From an uncultured Christensenella sp. (GTDB lineage: Bacteria > Bacillota > Clostridia > Christensenellales > DTU072), in NCBI GenBank assembly GCA_905210905.1, contig CAJLYQ010000001.1:4664-68663 (forward strand): a stretch of 64,000 nt of DNA, given 5' to 3'. The translations under genes and the position numbers were made by a program. Under the pieces are notes generated by a model, which did no database searches, was not told where the DNA came from, and saw only the letters and a program-made list of their open reading frames with translations. Shown one piece after another: positions 9,301 to 21,300 of this stretch. How positions within the stretch are numbered: the stretch's first letter is position 1; each line of letters starts with the position of its first letter.

Positions 9301-12300
9301 TTGTTGTTGTAGGTCGTGCCGAAGACGATTTCGGTATCGACGTAACTGCGGTTGTAGAAGTTTTTCATTTCCGCAACGCTCAGGTCTATCGTGCCTTTGA
9401 GTTCGCTGTAACGTTCGGGATCGTTGACCGGTTTGGACGCGTTTCTCGTGTAAACCACGCTGAACGTTCCTTCGCCCGAAAGGTCTACTTTGTACGGATC
9501 AATGCTCATTTCGTAGTCGTATTCTTTTCCGTACGCTTTGCTGATCGCCACTTTTTCGCCGTTGAATTCCGCTTCGCCGTCGATACTCGATATCGTTGCG
9601 TCGGAGATGAAGTTGTACGTTCTGTACTCGCCCGAAGGTTCGGTGAGAACGACGCCGTCTTTCGCGTTGACTACGTTAGCCAAATCGAAGGTTACCCAAG
9701 TCTGCCACTTGTTGGACGCGCTGTTTTCCGAATATCCGTAAGAACGAACGAGAACTTCGATTTCCGTGTTCGTCTTGCCGTCGAACCCTACTCCGTCGTC
9801 CGTGCGGTCGCCGTTGTTGTTGCTGTCGTTCTTGTAACGCCACAGTACCTTTTCTCTGCCGTTTTCGTCAAAGTAGGTGGCGAGTTCCCACACGCGGTTG
9901 AAGTAAGATATTACGCTTTGCGTCGCGCCCGCTTCGGTACTCGTCCGGAGCAGTATCGCGTCGTTGTCGCTGGTCGCGCTCGTTTGCGTGAAGTACCAAC
10001 CGAGCGTGATGTCTATGGATTCTTCGTCGTACGGGTCTACTCCGAGTCTGATAAACTCATCGCTCCATTCCGGTCTGTAAGACGTTCTTTCGCTGAGTTC
10101 GTTGCCGATCGTGTTGTAGATAAGGCGTTCGACTTTGATTATGCTGAGTTGAACGGGTATGCCGCGTACTATCTGGCTGCCGAACACATTGTCTTTGAGT
10201 ACGAGTTCGGCGTAAGCAAGGTATCCGGCGATGCCCACGTTTTCTCTGAGCGAAGCGATTATCTTGTCTTCGTCGAGCCAGGTAACGGCTTTGGAGAAGA
10301 ATTCCGCCTGACCGTTCTTGTCGACTACGCCCTTGAACGAAACGTTCGCGTTGCCGAGTTCGGTTATGTTTTCGGGTACGGTTTCGGTGACGATAACCGC
10401 CGCGACTTTGCTTACCGTTCTCGTATCGATCGTTCTCGGCAATCCGATTACCGCTCTGGTGTATTCGTCATACCACTTATCCCACGCGTACGCTTTTCTT
10501 TCCGTCGTCGTGGAAGAAGGCGTCTTCGACTGCGCTTCGTCGACGAGTTCGGAGAGTTTTCTCGTAGATACCGTGCCGGACGCGTAGATAAGGTCGTAAC
10601 CGTTGCTCTTCGCGCCTTCGTAGGTAAGGGACGCCCAGGTGAGTTGCTGTTTGAGCAGGATCACGTCGAGCATAAGCGCGTCTACGGGGCTGTAAAGGTC
10701 GCTCGTTTCTTCCACATAAGAATCGTAAACTTTTTCCCAAACGTACGCTTTCGCGCTCGTTTCTCCGATAAGCGGGAATCTGCTTCTGTAATCGTTGTAA
10801 GAAGCGGTCATCTCGTTACGGGTAAGTCTGTCGCTCTGTTCGTACAATACGTCGTACGCTTTCGCTTTCGCTTTGTCGGAAGTGTAGGACGAGTTCGTCT
10901 TCGCGCTTTCGAGAAGCACTTTCGTGATAATCTCGTTCATTTCAGTGCGGGCGAAACCTTGTTTGCCTACTTCGAGGTCGATGACGAAACTTGCTTTGCC
11001 CGTTCTCGAACCTAACGAGTAATCCACGAGGCTCGAATCGTCGTACTTCTTAATCGGTATGGAGTAAGAAAGTCCGTTTTCGCCCTTGACGTAGATATAA
11101 GGTTTAACTTCGTATCCGTCTTCGGTCGGTACGACGAGCGCAACGTATTCTACCGTCGGGTTCGCTCCGAGCGAAACTTTTTCGCCTATCGCGCTTTCCG
11201 CTTCCGAAGTGTTTTCGTACACGATACCCGTTTCTCTCTTAAGGTTAAGCGCGTTGAGCACGTCGGTCACTTTGTCACCGGTGGTCGATTGTTCGTACGG
11301 AGTAACGGCGTCGTAAAGTTCGCCTTCGAGTCCGTCGCTCGTGCCGGTGATGCCGGACGCCTGAATGTGCACCCAAACTTTGACGGTCTGTACGTTACCG
11401 GTAGCGTCGGTTATTTTGTAACTTACGGTGTAGTTCTGTTCGCTCGTGTCGAGGCTGTCGTATTCGGCAAGCGTTCTTCCGAGTTTGTTGCGTTCGACTT
11501 CGAAGGAATTCGGTATGATTTCCCAGCCGTCGATCACTTCTTCGTTGCCTTCCGCGGTAAGACGGGCAAGCAATACGTCGAACGAACTTATCTTCTCCAT
11601 CGTTTCGTACGGGTTGGAGTTGTTGAGCGGGTTGATGTCGATCATACCGCTGTAAGTATTCGCTCTCGTCGTCGCGTCGCTTTCTTTCATACTCGGATAG
11701 AGCGACATAAGTCTTGCTTTGATGAGTTCTCTGTCCGCGCGTACGACGCCGCTGCCTACCACGCCTTCGCCTTCGATTGCGGCAGAAACCGTATCGATGG
11801 TGTAATTCTTGACTTCGAGCAGGCTTATCTTAAGCGAGTTCCACGCAGTATTCGACTTGTAGTTTTCGCCGTTTGCGTCTTTGCCGTACGTTCTGTACTT
11901 AAGGTTAATGTACGCGTTGTCGTAATCGGTGAGAGAATCGTACGCTTTAATCCTGTTGCCGTCCTTGTCTTTGTAGGTCGTGTAGGTGTAGTCCAACGTC
12001 CATACGAGGTCGTTGTAGATATACGTCTTTTCTCTGAGCGGATTGTCGTTTACCTTTTCGGTGGAACTGTATTCCGCCATAAACACGTCGTAGAACTTGT
12101 CGATGAAGTTTTCCACCGATTCTTTGTACGGGTCGAACTTGATTCTCTGAGCGAGTTTGAGCAGTTCGGTCTTAATCGTGTTCGCCGTGTCGGTCGCTCC
12201 GTCCGCTCCCTCGAGAGAAGCGTTGACGACTTCGATTTCGATTTCCGCAAACACTACGTTGCCGACGTAACCTTCGAGATAGTACTTCTCGCCGTCCATA

Positions 12301-15300
12301 GGTTTGAACCCTTTGATCGCGTCGAGGTTCCAGGCGATGCCTACGCCGTTGCTGCCTCTGCTCGTACCGGTGTTGAACCTTACGTTGACGCGGTTTGCCA
12401 AAATGTCTTTAACGGTGACCTGCGCGTCGTAGTTTCTTCTGCCGACTTCGCCCGAAGACGTACCCATCATCGACCAGGTACCGCCGATCGCTCTGAAGTC
12501 CGTAAGGTCGTACGGGTCGTAAATGATTATCTTTGTCGGGTTCGTCCACAGTCTTGCTCCCGTTCCGTCGTCTTCGCCTACCGCTTTGTATCCTTCTTCC
12601 TCGGAATATTCGTAGCGATAGAATCTAGCGTCGGAGAAGTCCGTCGTGATTACGTTGCGGATACCGAGTCCGTTAAAGTCGATGTCGACTTCCTGATAAC
12701 GGTCGTCTTTAATGCTGTTTCCGTTATCTTTCATATCGTACTTGTCGCCGTAAGCGTCGAATACGAAGTAACGGTAATAAACTACCTTTTCGCCGGTGAG
12801 TTCGTCTACGAAGTAAACGTCCGTCGTCGAATAACTGTTGTGATTGCTCGAAGAAATCCAGTCTTCCATAAAGTCGGAAACGTGTTCGAACTTGCTTACG
12901 TAACTTGCGTAACCCGACGTGGAGCCGTTCTTTCCGTAATACGCGCCGGTAAAGTCTACTTCTTTACCTTTTTCGATAACCATCATCGTGCGGATATCGG
13001 ACGCTTTGATTTCGTAAATCGCTCCGGTGTCGTTTCTGAACGTGTAAGACTTGGAAACGTTGGTTTTTTCCGTCTTTTCAACCTTCGCGTAGTAGTAGTC
13101 TTCGTACTGAGCAAGGTCGCTTCCCGCTTCCGCAGCCGCGATATACCTGTCCGTACCCTTTACTCTGACGTAAAGTCCCGCGCCGCCGCCTGCGGAAACC
13201 TGAGTGGACGTCTTGACGTAATAACTTTCGTTTATCTGCTTCGAACTCTTGGAGAAGAACTTGCCGTTTTGTCCGCTGTAATACGGGAAGTCGTAGTTCC
13301 ACTCTTTCGACTTGTCGGGCGTAACGTCGGAGTCGACGTTCTTGCTCTCTACGGACGAACCGCCGTATTCCGCGTTTTTCGAATAAGTCGCGCCGTTAAG
13401 CACCAGTCTGATATTGTCGATCGAACCGTTTTCGCCGCCTTCTTCGAGAGAAACCTTGGCGTACACGCTTCTGTCGTGTTCTACGGTTTCGCGATAAAGT
13501 TTCGCGCCTTCGACTATTTCGTCGTTGCGTTGTACGGTGTACGCGCCTTCTATCGTCTTCTTGGAGTTGCTGCCTAAGAACAGGTCGTGTATGCTGCCCG
13601 TTTCTTCTTCGATAACGTTGCCCGTTTCGTCCTTCATGCTGAGCGCGTACGTCGCCGCGTTAAGCGGACTCTGATCAAGGTCGGACGTTTCGAACATATT
13701 GTACGAAGTGTACAGCGGCAACAATCCGCTTATCGTCCTGGAAACCATCGCGAGCAGGTCGCCGATCATCGTACCGATCTTGGAAAGTATTCCGCCGATG
13801 TCGAGAATCCAGAGTTTGGGTATCGCCTCGAAGGATTTCGGGCTGGCAACCGCAAACGCAAGAAGGTCTATAAGTCCGATATACGACTCGTCGTAATCGC
13901 CGCCGAACAGGTTGGTCAGCCAACTGAAGTCGTACGAATACTTGCCGAGTCCCGCCATATCTATAAGCACCATCATAAGGAGGTAGTGGATAAGACCCGA
14001 ACCCGTCTTCTGGCTTGCGCTGATAATCGCCTGCAGGTATGCGCCTTCGCTCTGATAAATCTTGTCGCCTACTTTGAAGTCGTCTTCGTTGTATTGCCCT
14101 CTGTAAAGATTTATGAATCTGTCGATGTAGTAATCTTCGCCGTTCTTCGCGAGGTCTTTTTCTTTGTACTGCGACGCGTCGAAGTCGCTTTCGCTCGTAC
14201 GGTTGGAGATACTGATATCCTTAGGCGTAAGGGACGCGTCGGGATTGACTTCCATCGTTCCGTCCATGCCCCACAGGAGATTGTTGACCATCATTATTAT
14301 CTTGTTGAACTTACCGCTGTTAAGCCATACTTCAACGTAAGAATAGTTGTTGTAGATGATCTCGCCGCCGGTCTGGTACTCGAGTTCGTCGTATACGTAG
14401 GTGTCGCTGTCCGCACGGGTAGAAATATAGTCTTTGTCGAGAACGTCCGTACCTATTCTTATTCTCATACCTTCGAGCAAGGATGCGTCTTCGCTTACGT
14501 AGGTGTCCGACCAGTGCGCCGCTCTGCGTTCGAGGAAGAACTGAGCGTTGATATACTCGTCGCTGCCGTTTGCGTAAGCGAACGTCGTCGCCGCGCTTCT
14601 GTTCTTACCGTCGGTGTAGGTGACGTATTTTTCCGTTCCCGCCATACGCAGATCGATGTTCTGGTACTTCTTGGAACGAATTTTAAGTTTGTAATCCTTG
14701 CCTTTGGCAAGCGCGCTCGTGGTAATGCTGAACGTACCGTTTTCTTTATCGACCGACGTGCTGAAGTTGTCGGGTTCGAGTTCGTAATAGTCGTGTACGC
14801 CCACGGTCTGCCAGTTGCTGCCGCCGCGATCCGCCACCGCTACCCATATCGTGTAGTCGTCGGCAAGCGGTATCTGTTTGGTGTAATACTTCTTGTTGGC
14901 TTGATACGTTTCGTCCGCGGTGAGTTTGTATCCGTTGGTTGAAGAATCGAATTCGTAGAACTCGCCGATTATCGGGTTGCCTACGAAGAAGTCCGCCGCT
15001 TCGACGTATTCGCAGAGCGAACCGACGAAAGTAACCGTGTTTCTCTCTTCGTATTCCATAAGGAAGTAGATTTCCACGTTATAGGTCTTTTTCGATTCCG
15101 TACCCGGATCCGCCGCTTCGGAAGCGACGTTTTCGATCCATTCGTCGATCGCGGTTTCGTCAGCAAGGTACTTGAGTCCGGAATATCCGCCGCTCGTACC
15201 GTCCGAGTTCATTACCACTCTTCTCGCTACCGCCGCACCCGTCCACTTGTATCCGCCGAGCGTAACGTCGAAGAACTGTTTGCCGCCGCCAAGACTGCGC

Positions 15301-18300
15301 AGGTCGGGATAAACTTCGTACGACATATTGAACGTTCCGTACGTGTCGTCTTCGCGTATCATATTCGTCGTGCCGGACTTAAGTCCGCCGTTGTACTTGA
15401 CGGTTACGCCGCCGATAAGGTCGTCTTTGGTCATTCCTGCAAGGTAAGCGTCCGCGGTTTCCGCACTCGTTCCGCTCGTAAGCGTAGCAAGCGACGCATA
15501 ACCCTTCATCTTGACGAGAGAACTGTTTATACCCGACGTACGGTACATCGTGCCTTCCTGATTGAACACGAGAGCCTTTCTCGTCTGAGCGGGCTGAATG
15601 AACAGTCCGGTTTCGTTTGCCGGCGACGCATAGCCTTCGGCGTAGAAACTCAACGTTCCTCTGTCGCTGTTGACGTAATAGTATCCGTCGTGATAGATGT
15701 ACTCGACGCCTTCGTACCACGCTTTGCCCATTTCCGGCGCTTCGCTGCCGTTCGCCGCTTTCATCGCTTCTTTGACTTTGCTGAGAACGTACGGGTTGTT
15801 CATCGGGTTGACGTGCTTCGTCATCGGGATTTCAACGAAGTAGTAGTATCCGTCTTTGTCGGATTTAACCGAGTATTCGGCGCTGTCGGTAACGTAAGTA
15901 ACCGTCGCGTCCTTAACTGGTTGACCATACTGGTCGGTCAGCCTGCCGTAGATACGTCCATAGTACCCGGAGGTGTTTTCCACGCTCTTGTCGTCGATGA
16001 GAGTCATTATCCACTCGGGGCAGATGGCGAGCATCTTGAGCGGTACGGCTCCGGTGGTTTCGAATCCGCCGTCGTTGCCCATAGGTCCGCTGATAAACCC
16101 GAGTGCAGTGTCGATAACCGTGCTCATATCGAGTTTGACCAGACCGAGCAGGTCTATCGAGAAGTCGAGCGACATGTCTAGAAGCAGCGTAGAGTCTTCT
16201 ATATACGCCTTAACCGCCGTACTCTTACCCGACGGCACCGTCAGCGCAAGTCCGAGAACGTTGTTCGCCGTTCGATTAATCGCAAGTCGCCCTCGCGAGA
16301 ACGTGTTCCGGTATAGTTTCGGGAAGTGTTCGTGCGGCAGGCTTATTTCGCCCACAAGGTCTTTGAGTTGGTTATAAATCTCGTAAAGGGCCTTAACGAG
16401 TTTGATTATGTTCCAGATACTGCTTGCCCAGTTGGCTAACATTTCGACGATGGCTTTTATCGCCTTGCCGAGTTCGTATACCATTCTTGCAATCTTAATG
16501 ACTTTGAAGATTACGGTAAACGCGTGCGCGTCTTGTCCGTCGTAACCGCTTATGTCGTCGGCATAGTAAGTAGGACCGCTTGCGTTGACGTAGGGATAGA
16601 AGGAATACAGGTCTCTTCTGCTCCAGTAGTCCGTTCTCTTTTCAAGGTTGAGTTGCAGGTTGTTTACGTCGAGAGTGTCGAGCAAACTGCCGATAAGCGT
16701 TTCTACGTCTACGTTGATGCCGCTCGCTCCGACGAACAGTCCGTTAAGTCCGCCGTATCCTGCGGTGTCGATCGCGCCGATCTTGTTGTTGATTTCCGCG
16801 TCGGTAAGGTTGAATCCTAAGCGGATACCGCCTTCTTCGGGCAAAGACAACGAGAAACGGTTGTTTCCGTCCATATTGATATTCAGCGCAAGGTTGGTCA
16901 GTCCCGCGTCGAGATTCATCGCAAGACTTATTCCGCTGAACGCAGGAATATCCATATCGAGCAGGTTGCTCAATGCGTCGGACGTGGGCGTGATTTCTAT
17001 TCTGTCGTTGAACAGCGAAATCGCAATAACCGCCGCTTCTTTTCTGTCTTGTTCGGTGTTGATTTTGGAACCTGTCTGACGGAACCCGATGCTCTTGATA
17101 ATATCTTCGTAGGCTTTGTCGAAGTCGCTTTGACTGAGCAGGTTGTCGTTGTCGGCGTTGATTTGTTTCAATGCGTCTTTGATTTCTTGTTTGATCGCTT
17201 CTTTTTCGGTTGCGGTCAGTTCTTCGAATTCGCCTGCTTTATAACGGGTTTCATAGTTCTTTTTCAGTTCTTCGATCGCCGACTCTATCTTCTTTTCGGA
17301 AATACTTGTCGTAGTTTTGTCGGTCGTACCGGTTTCTTCGCCCGCTCCCACTCCGATAAGGGAAGTGATAAGTCCTTTTACGTCAAGACCTTTCTCTTCG
17401 TCGAGGTCGATAGGCAGGCTTCCGCCTAAGAAGTAGTTCAACGCTCCGGCGAGATCTACGCCGTTTACCGCCGCCTGTATAAGTCCGAGTTCGCTCAGGT
17501 CGAGATAAACCGTCTTATCGAGGTAGTACAGTCCGATAAGCGTTTCGCCGTTGTACAGAATTTCTACTTTCAGTTTGGAATTGTTAATATCCGTAAGGTC
17601 GGCGATTATTTCCGCCGCAATCGTGATCGACGCATAAGCGTCCTGGAATTGCAGGTCGATACTGCCGTCCTTCATACCGAACAGTTTTTCGAGCAGGGCT
17701 TCGAGTTGTTCGACGACGTCGCTCTTTTGTCCGTCGGGATTAACTGTAACGAGCGTCATATCCACGGTAAGACCTATGCTTACGTTTTTGAGATTGTCGA
17801 TATTGACGAAGTCTTTCTTGTCTTCGTCGCTTACCATGTGGCTTCTGGCGTCGTCGTAGTCCTTGTTCGCCTTGTCGAGAAGGTCGCGCTTGGGTACGAG
17901 ATAGGAATAACTCTTTTCGAAGTTGTAATCGATGAAGAAGTGTTGTCCTTCGTCGTAAACGAGTTTTATTCCGCTGAGTTTGTCCTTTTCGTAGCCGAGT
18001 TGCAGGTTGGCAAACGTCGGTATCATCGCGCTTATATCTTTAATTTTCGGCAACGTTCCGAGCAGGTTGAGTAGCAACGCGCCGGTCATCGCCACGTTGA
18101 ACTTGTTTTCGTCCATAAGCGCGAGCAACAGGTTTGCGCTTATTCCCGCTTTGGTTATGTCGGGGTATTCTATCGCCGTCTTGTCGCCCGAAGATATTCC
18201 GCCGGATATGCTTCCGTCCGCGTTTGCCGGGGTTTCTTCACCATTGCCCGAAACGCTTTCTTCGAGTTTTTGCAGAACTTCGACTATCTTTCCGCCGAGA

Positions 18301-21300
18301 TCGACGCCCGTCATATAGAACTTAGGCAGTCCGAGTCCTTCGAGATTGATGTATACGTCGCCGTCGCGTTCCGCTCCGATAAAGGTTATTCCGATAAGCG
18401 TTCTGCCGCGGCGGTTGATTAACAGTTCGAATCCGAGGTTGGTTACGTCCGAGAAGTCGATATACGTACGCAGTACGAAATCAAGACTTACGTCGAGCAG
18501 GGATTCGCCGTTTTGCAGTTTTATTCCCAGTCCTTCGATAAAGCGCATCGTAAGGTCGCTTAAATCAACCATCGTGTTCTCGTCGTCGTTGTGCAAACCG
18601 AGCGAACTGTTGACTTCGCTTATCCATACGAACTTCGTGCTTTCTTTGTAATCTCTGAACGCCGAGTAGGTTTCTTTACCCGTTACGCCGATAAAGTCTA
18701 CCGCTTCGCCGATGTGCAGGGTAATGTTGCTCAGTTTAATACCGTATTTAAGTTTGCTGTCCGACAGGATATTGCCGTCGGCGTCTCTTACCGCCGCGTC
18801 GAGCGGAACGGTGATGCCTACGGTGTTCTGCATAAAGTCGATATCCAGACGAACGTTACCCATATCGTCGAATTCCCAGTTGGCGTTGATGATCTTAATG
18901 AGCGTGTTGAGAATCGCTTCGCTCAGACGGATACCGAGCGTGCCCTGACCGAACGTAACGCTCTGCAGAACCTTACCGAAATCGATGTCTTTGAGTTCTA
19001 CCGCCGAGTCGTCGCCGAATGCGGGCGCGTTGTCCGGTCTTTCGACGATGATTTCGTCGTGGTCGCCGCCCGTAAGGTCGAGAATAACTTCCATAAGGTT
19101 AATCTTCAGGAAGTCGTAAACCGATTGCGCGGTAACGACGTATTTCTCGCCGGCGAGTTTGTTGTTTTCTTCCGCCGTCCAGTCGGGTCTGGGTTCGCCC
19201 ATATCGAAGTAGAACTTAGGCGCGAACTCGGGCGTGTCGTCCGTGTTGAGCGTTCCGCTGAGTTCGTATACGTTAAAGATGTTTACGCCGTTGTTGTACG
19301 CTCTGACGCTTACGTCGAAGTTGACTTTGGATATGTCAAGGTCGATGTTTACGTCGAATCTTATAGAACCGCTCGTCGAGTTGAGCACTCTCATAAGGAA
19401 TATCGGTTCTACGCTGAGCGTACCCATCGCGCTGAACAGTTTGCTCCAGTCTACCGCCGTACGCAGGATTTCCGAATCGAGTTCCAGACTTACGCCGAAT
19501 TGCAGTCTGTCGCCGATAATATCGCTTACGATAGAACCTACGTCCACGCTTCCCGTGCCTGCTCCGACGCCGTTAATCATTCCGATTACGTCGAGTCCCA
19601 TTACGTAGTACGAGTCGTATTCGCCGTTCTCGCTCTTCGAGCGTATTTCCGAAGTAAAGTCGCCGAAGTAGTCTTTCGTGCCTTCGGGTCTTTCTACCGA
19701 GTTCATACTGAATACGGTGTCGTTGAACAGTCCGAGGTTTATGTCGTAACTTAAGTTGTCGCTCGTGTTCTTGTCGCCGCTTATCGTTCTGTTCTTGCTC
19801 AGATTAAGGTTAATACCGAAGTCGCTGCCGTATTCCACTTTCGCACTGCCCGACGTGAATATCATCAATATAATGTCGTTAAGCGCGTCCGTCGCTTCGT
19901 TGTCGTTAAGCAACAGGTTGAACGCTTCGAGAAGAATGTCTACCGTAAGGATAAGTCCGGCTTCGTCGCCGCCTATTCTTACCAACGCTTCGAGTACGTC
20001 TTTGCCCGTCGAAGTGCTTGCCGCGTTGGCAAGTTGTCCGATAGGCGTGCCTTTTTCTTTCGCCGTTTGTTCGCTCCAACCGTTGAGTACGGCGGAGATC
20101 GCGGTGTTGATTTCGTCAAGGTGCGGAGTAGCCGTGGACGGCGTTTCGCTCTCGGCGTCTTTGATTATGCCGAGAAGTTTGAGCAAGTAACTCATAGCGT
20201 CGAAGTCCAGCCTGAGTTTAAGGCTCATATCGAAGATTTCCACCGCAAGGTAGATAGAACCGTCGTACACGGTAATCGCGATTATTTGTTGTTCGAAACG
20301 AGTGGTTTCCCCTCTTTCGTCGTTGTCGATAAGGGCGTATTCTATCGTTATCGACGCCGTGAGCGATTGTTTTCTCTGCGCTTCGTCTTCGCTTAACGCT
20401 TTCGCGATGTCGAGAGCGATTTGCGCTTTGAGCGTGCCGAGCATTATGTGCGTCTTCAGGAACTCGATGTAGATTTCCGAGATGTTGAGTCCGCCGAGAA
20501 TAAGGTTGACGATCTGCGCTATGTCCGCGTCGCCTTCGCCGAAACCGAACGAGAAGAATCCGCCGAATCCGAGATACAGTTGCATTTCGTCGTAATTGAT
20601 GAACTTTTGCTGATCTTCGTACGGAATAAGGTCTTCACGGTAGTTGTCCGGGTCGATTTCCGCTCCTACGTACGTTTTGCCTATTTCCACGCCGAGTCCG
20701 AGGTCGATTTCCACTACGTCGTATCTCGTCGCCGCCGCCGCATTGTATTCTTTTACGAACGCTCTTTCGATAAGTTCTCTCTGTTGCGCAAAGTCGTTCG
20801 CTTCGGCGTTAACGTCGTAACCGAGTTGATAAACGTAAGAATCCAGATACTTCGCCGTTTCGGTAAACTTAAGGCTGTCGAGAAGTTTTCCTATCGAAGT
20901 TTCGTCGTCCGGATGCTCGTTTATGCTGTCGAGCAAGGTCTTAAGTTCGAGCGCGGGAGTAACCGCCGCGTAGGTCGCTTCCGATCCGCCGTATTGCTTT
21001 CTCCACGCGGAGTCGGACAACGTGGTGAACGCGTCCGCGTCCGTTATGCCGAGTCTGACGAATTTTTCGCGTGCGGATTTAACCAAAGCGTTGGCGGTTA
21101 CGCCGTTAAGTTCGTAATCGGCGGGTATCGCGTTAACCAGCACGAACATCGCTTTGCTCTTTTCTTTGTCGTTCGCGCTTACCGCGAGTTTTTCGCGCGC
21201 GGCAGAGATAAGTTCTTTCTTATCGTCCGTTATCGTTTCGTAGAACGCGTTGTCCGAAGCGTTGTTTATAATCGCGTCGTAAAGCACGTCGAAGTCGTCC

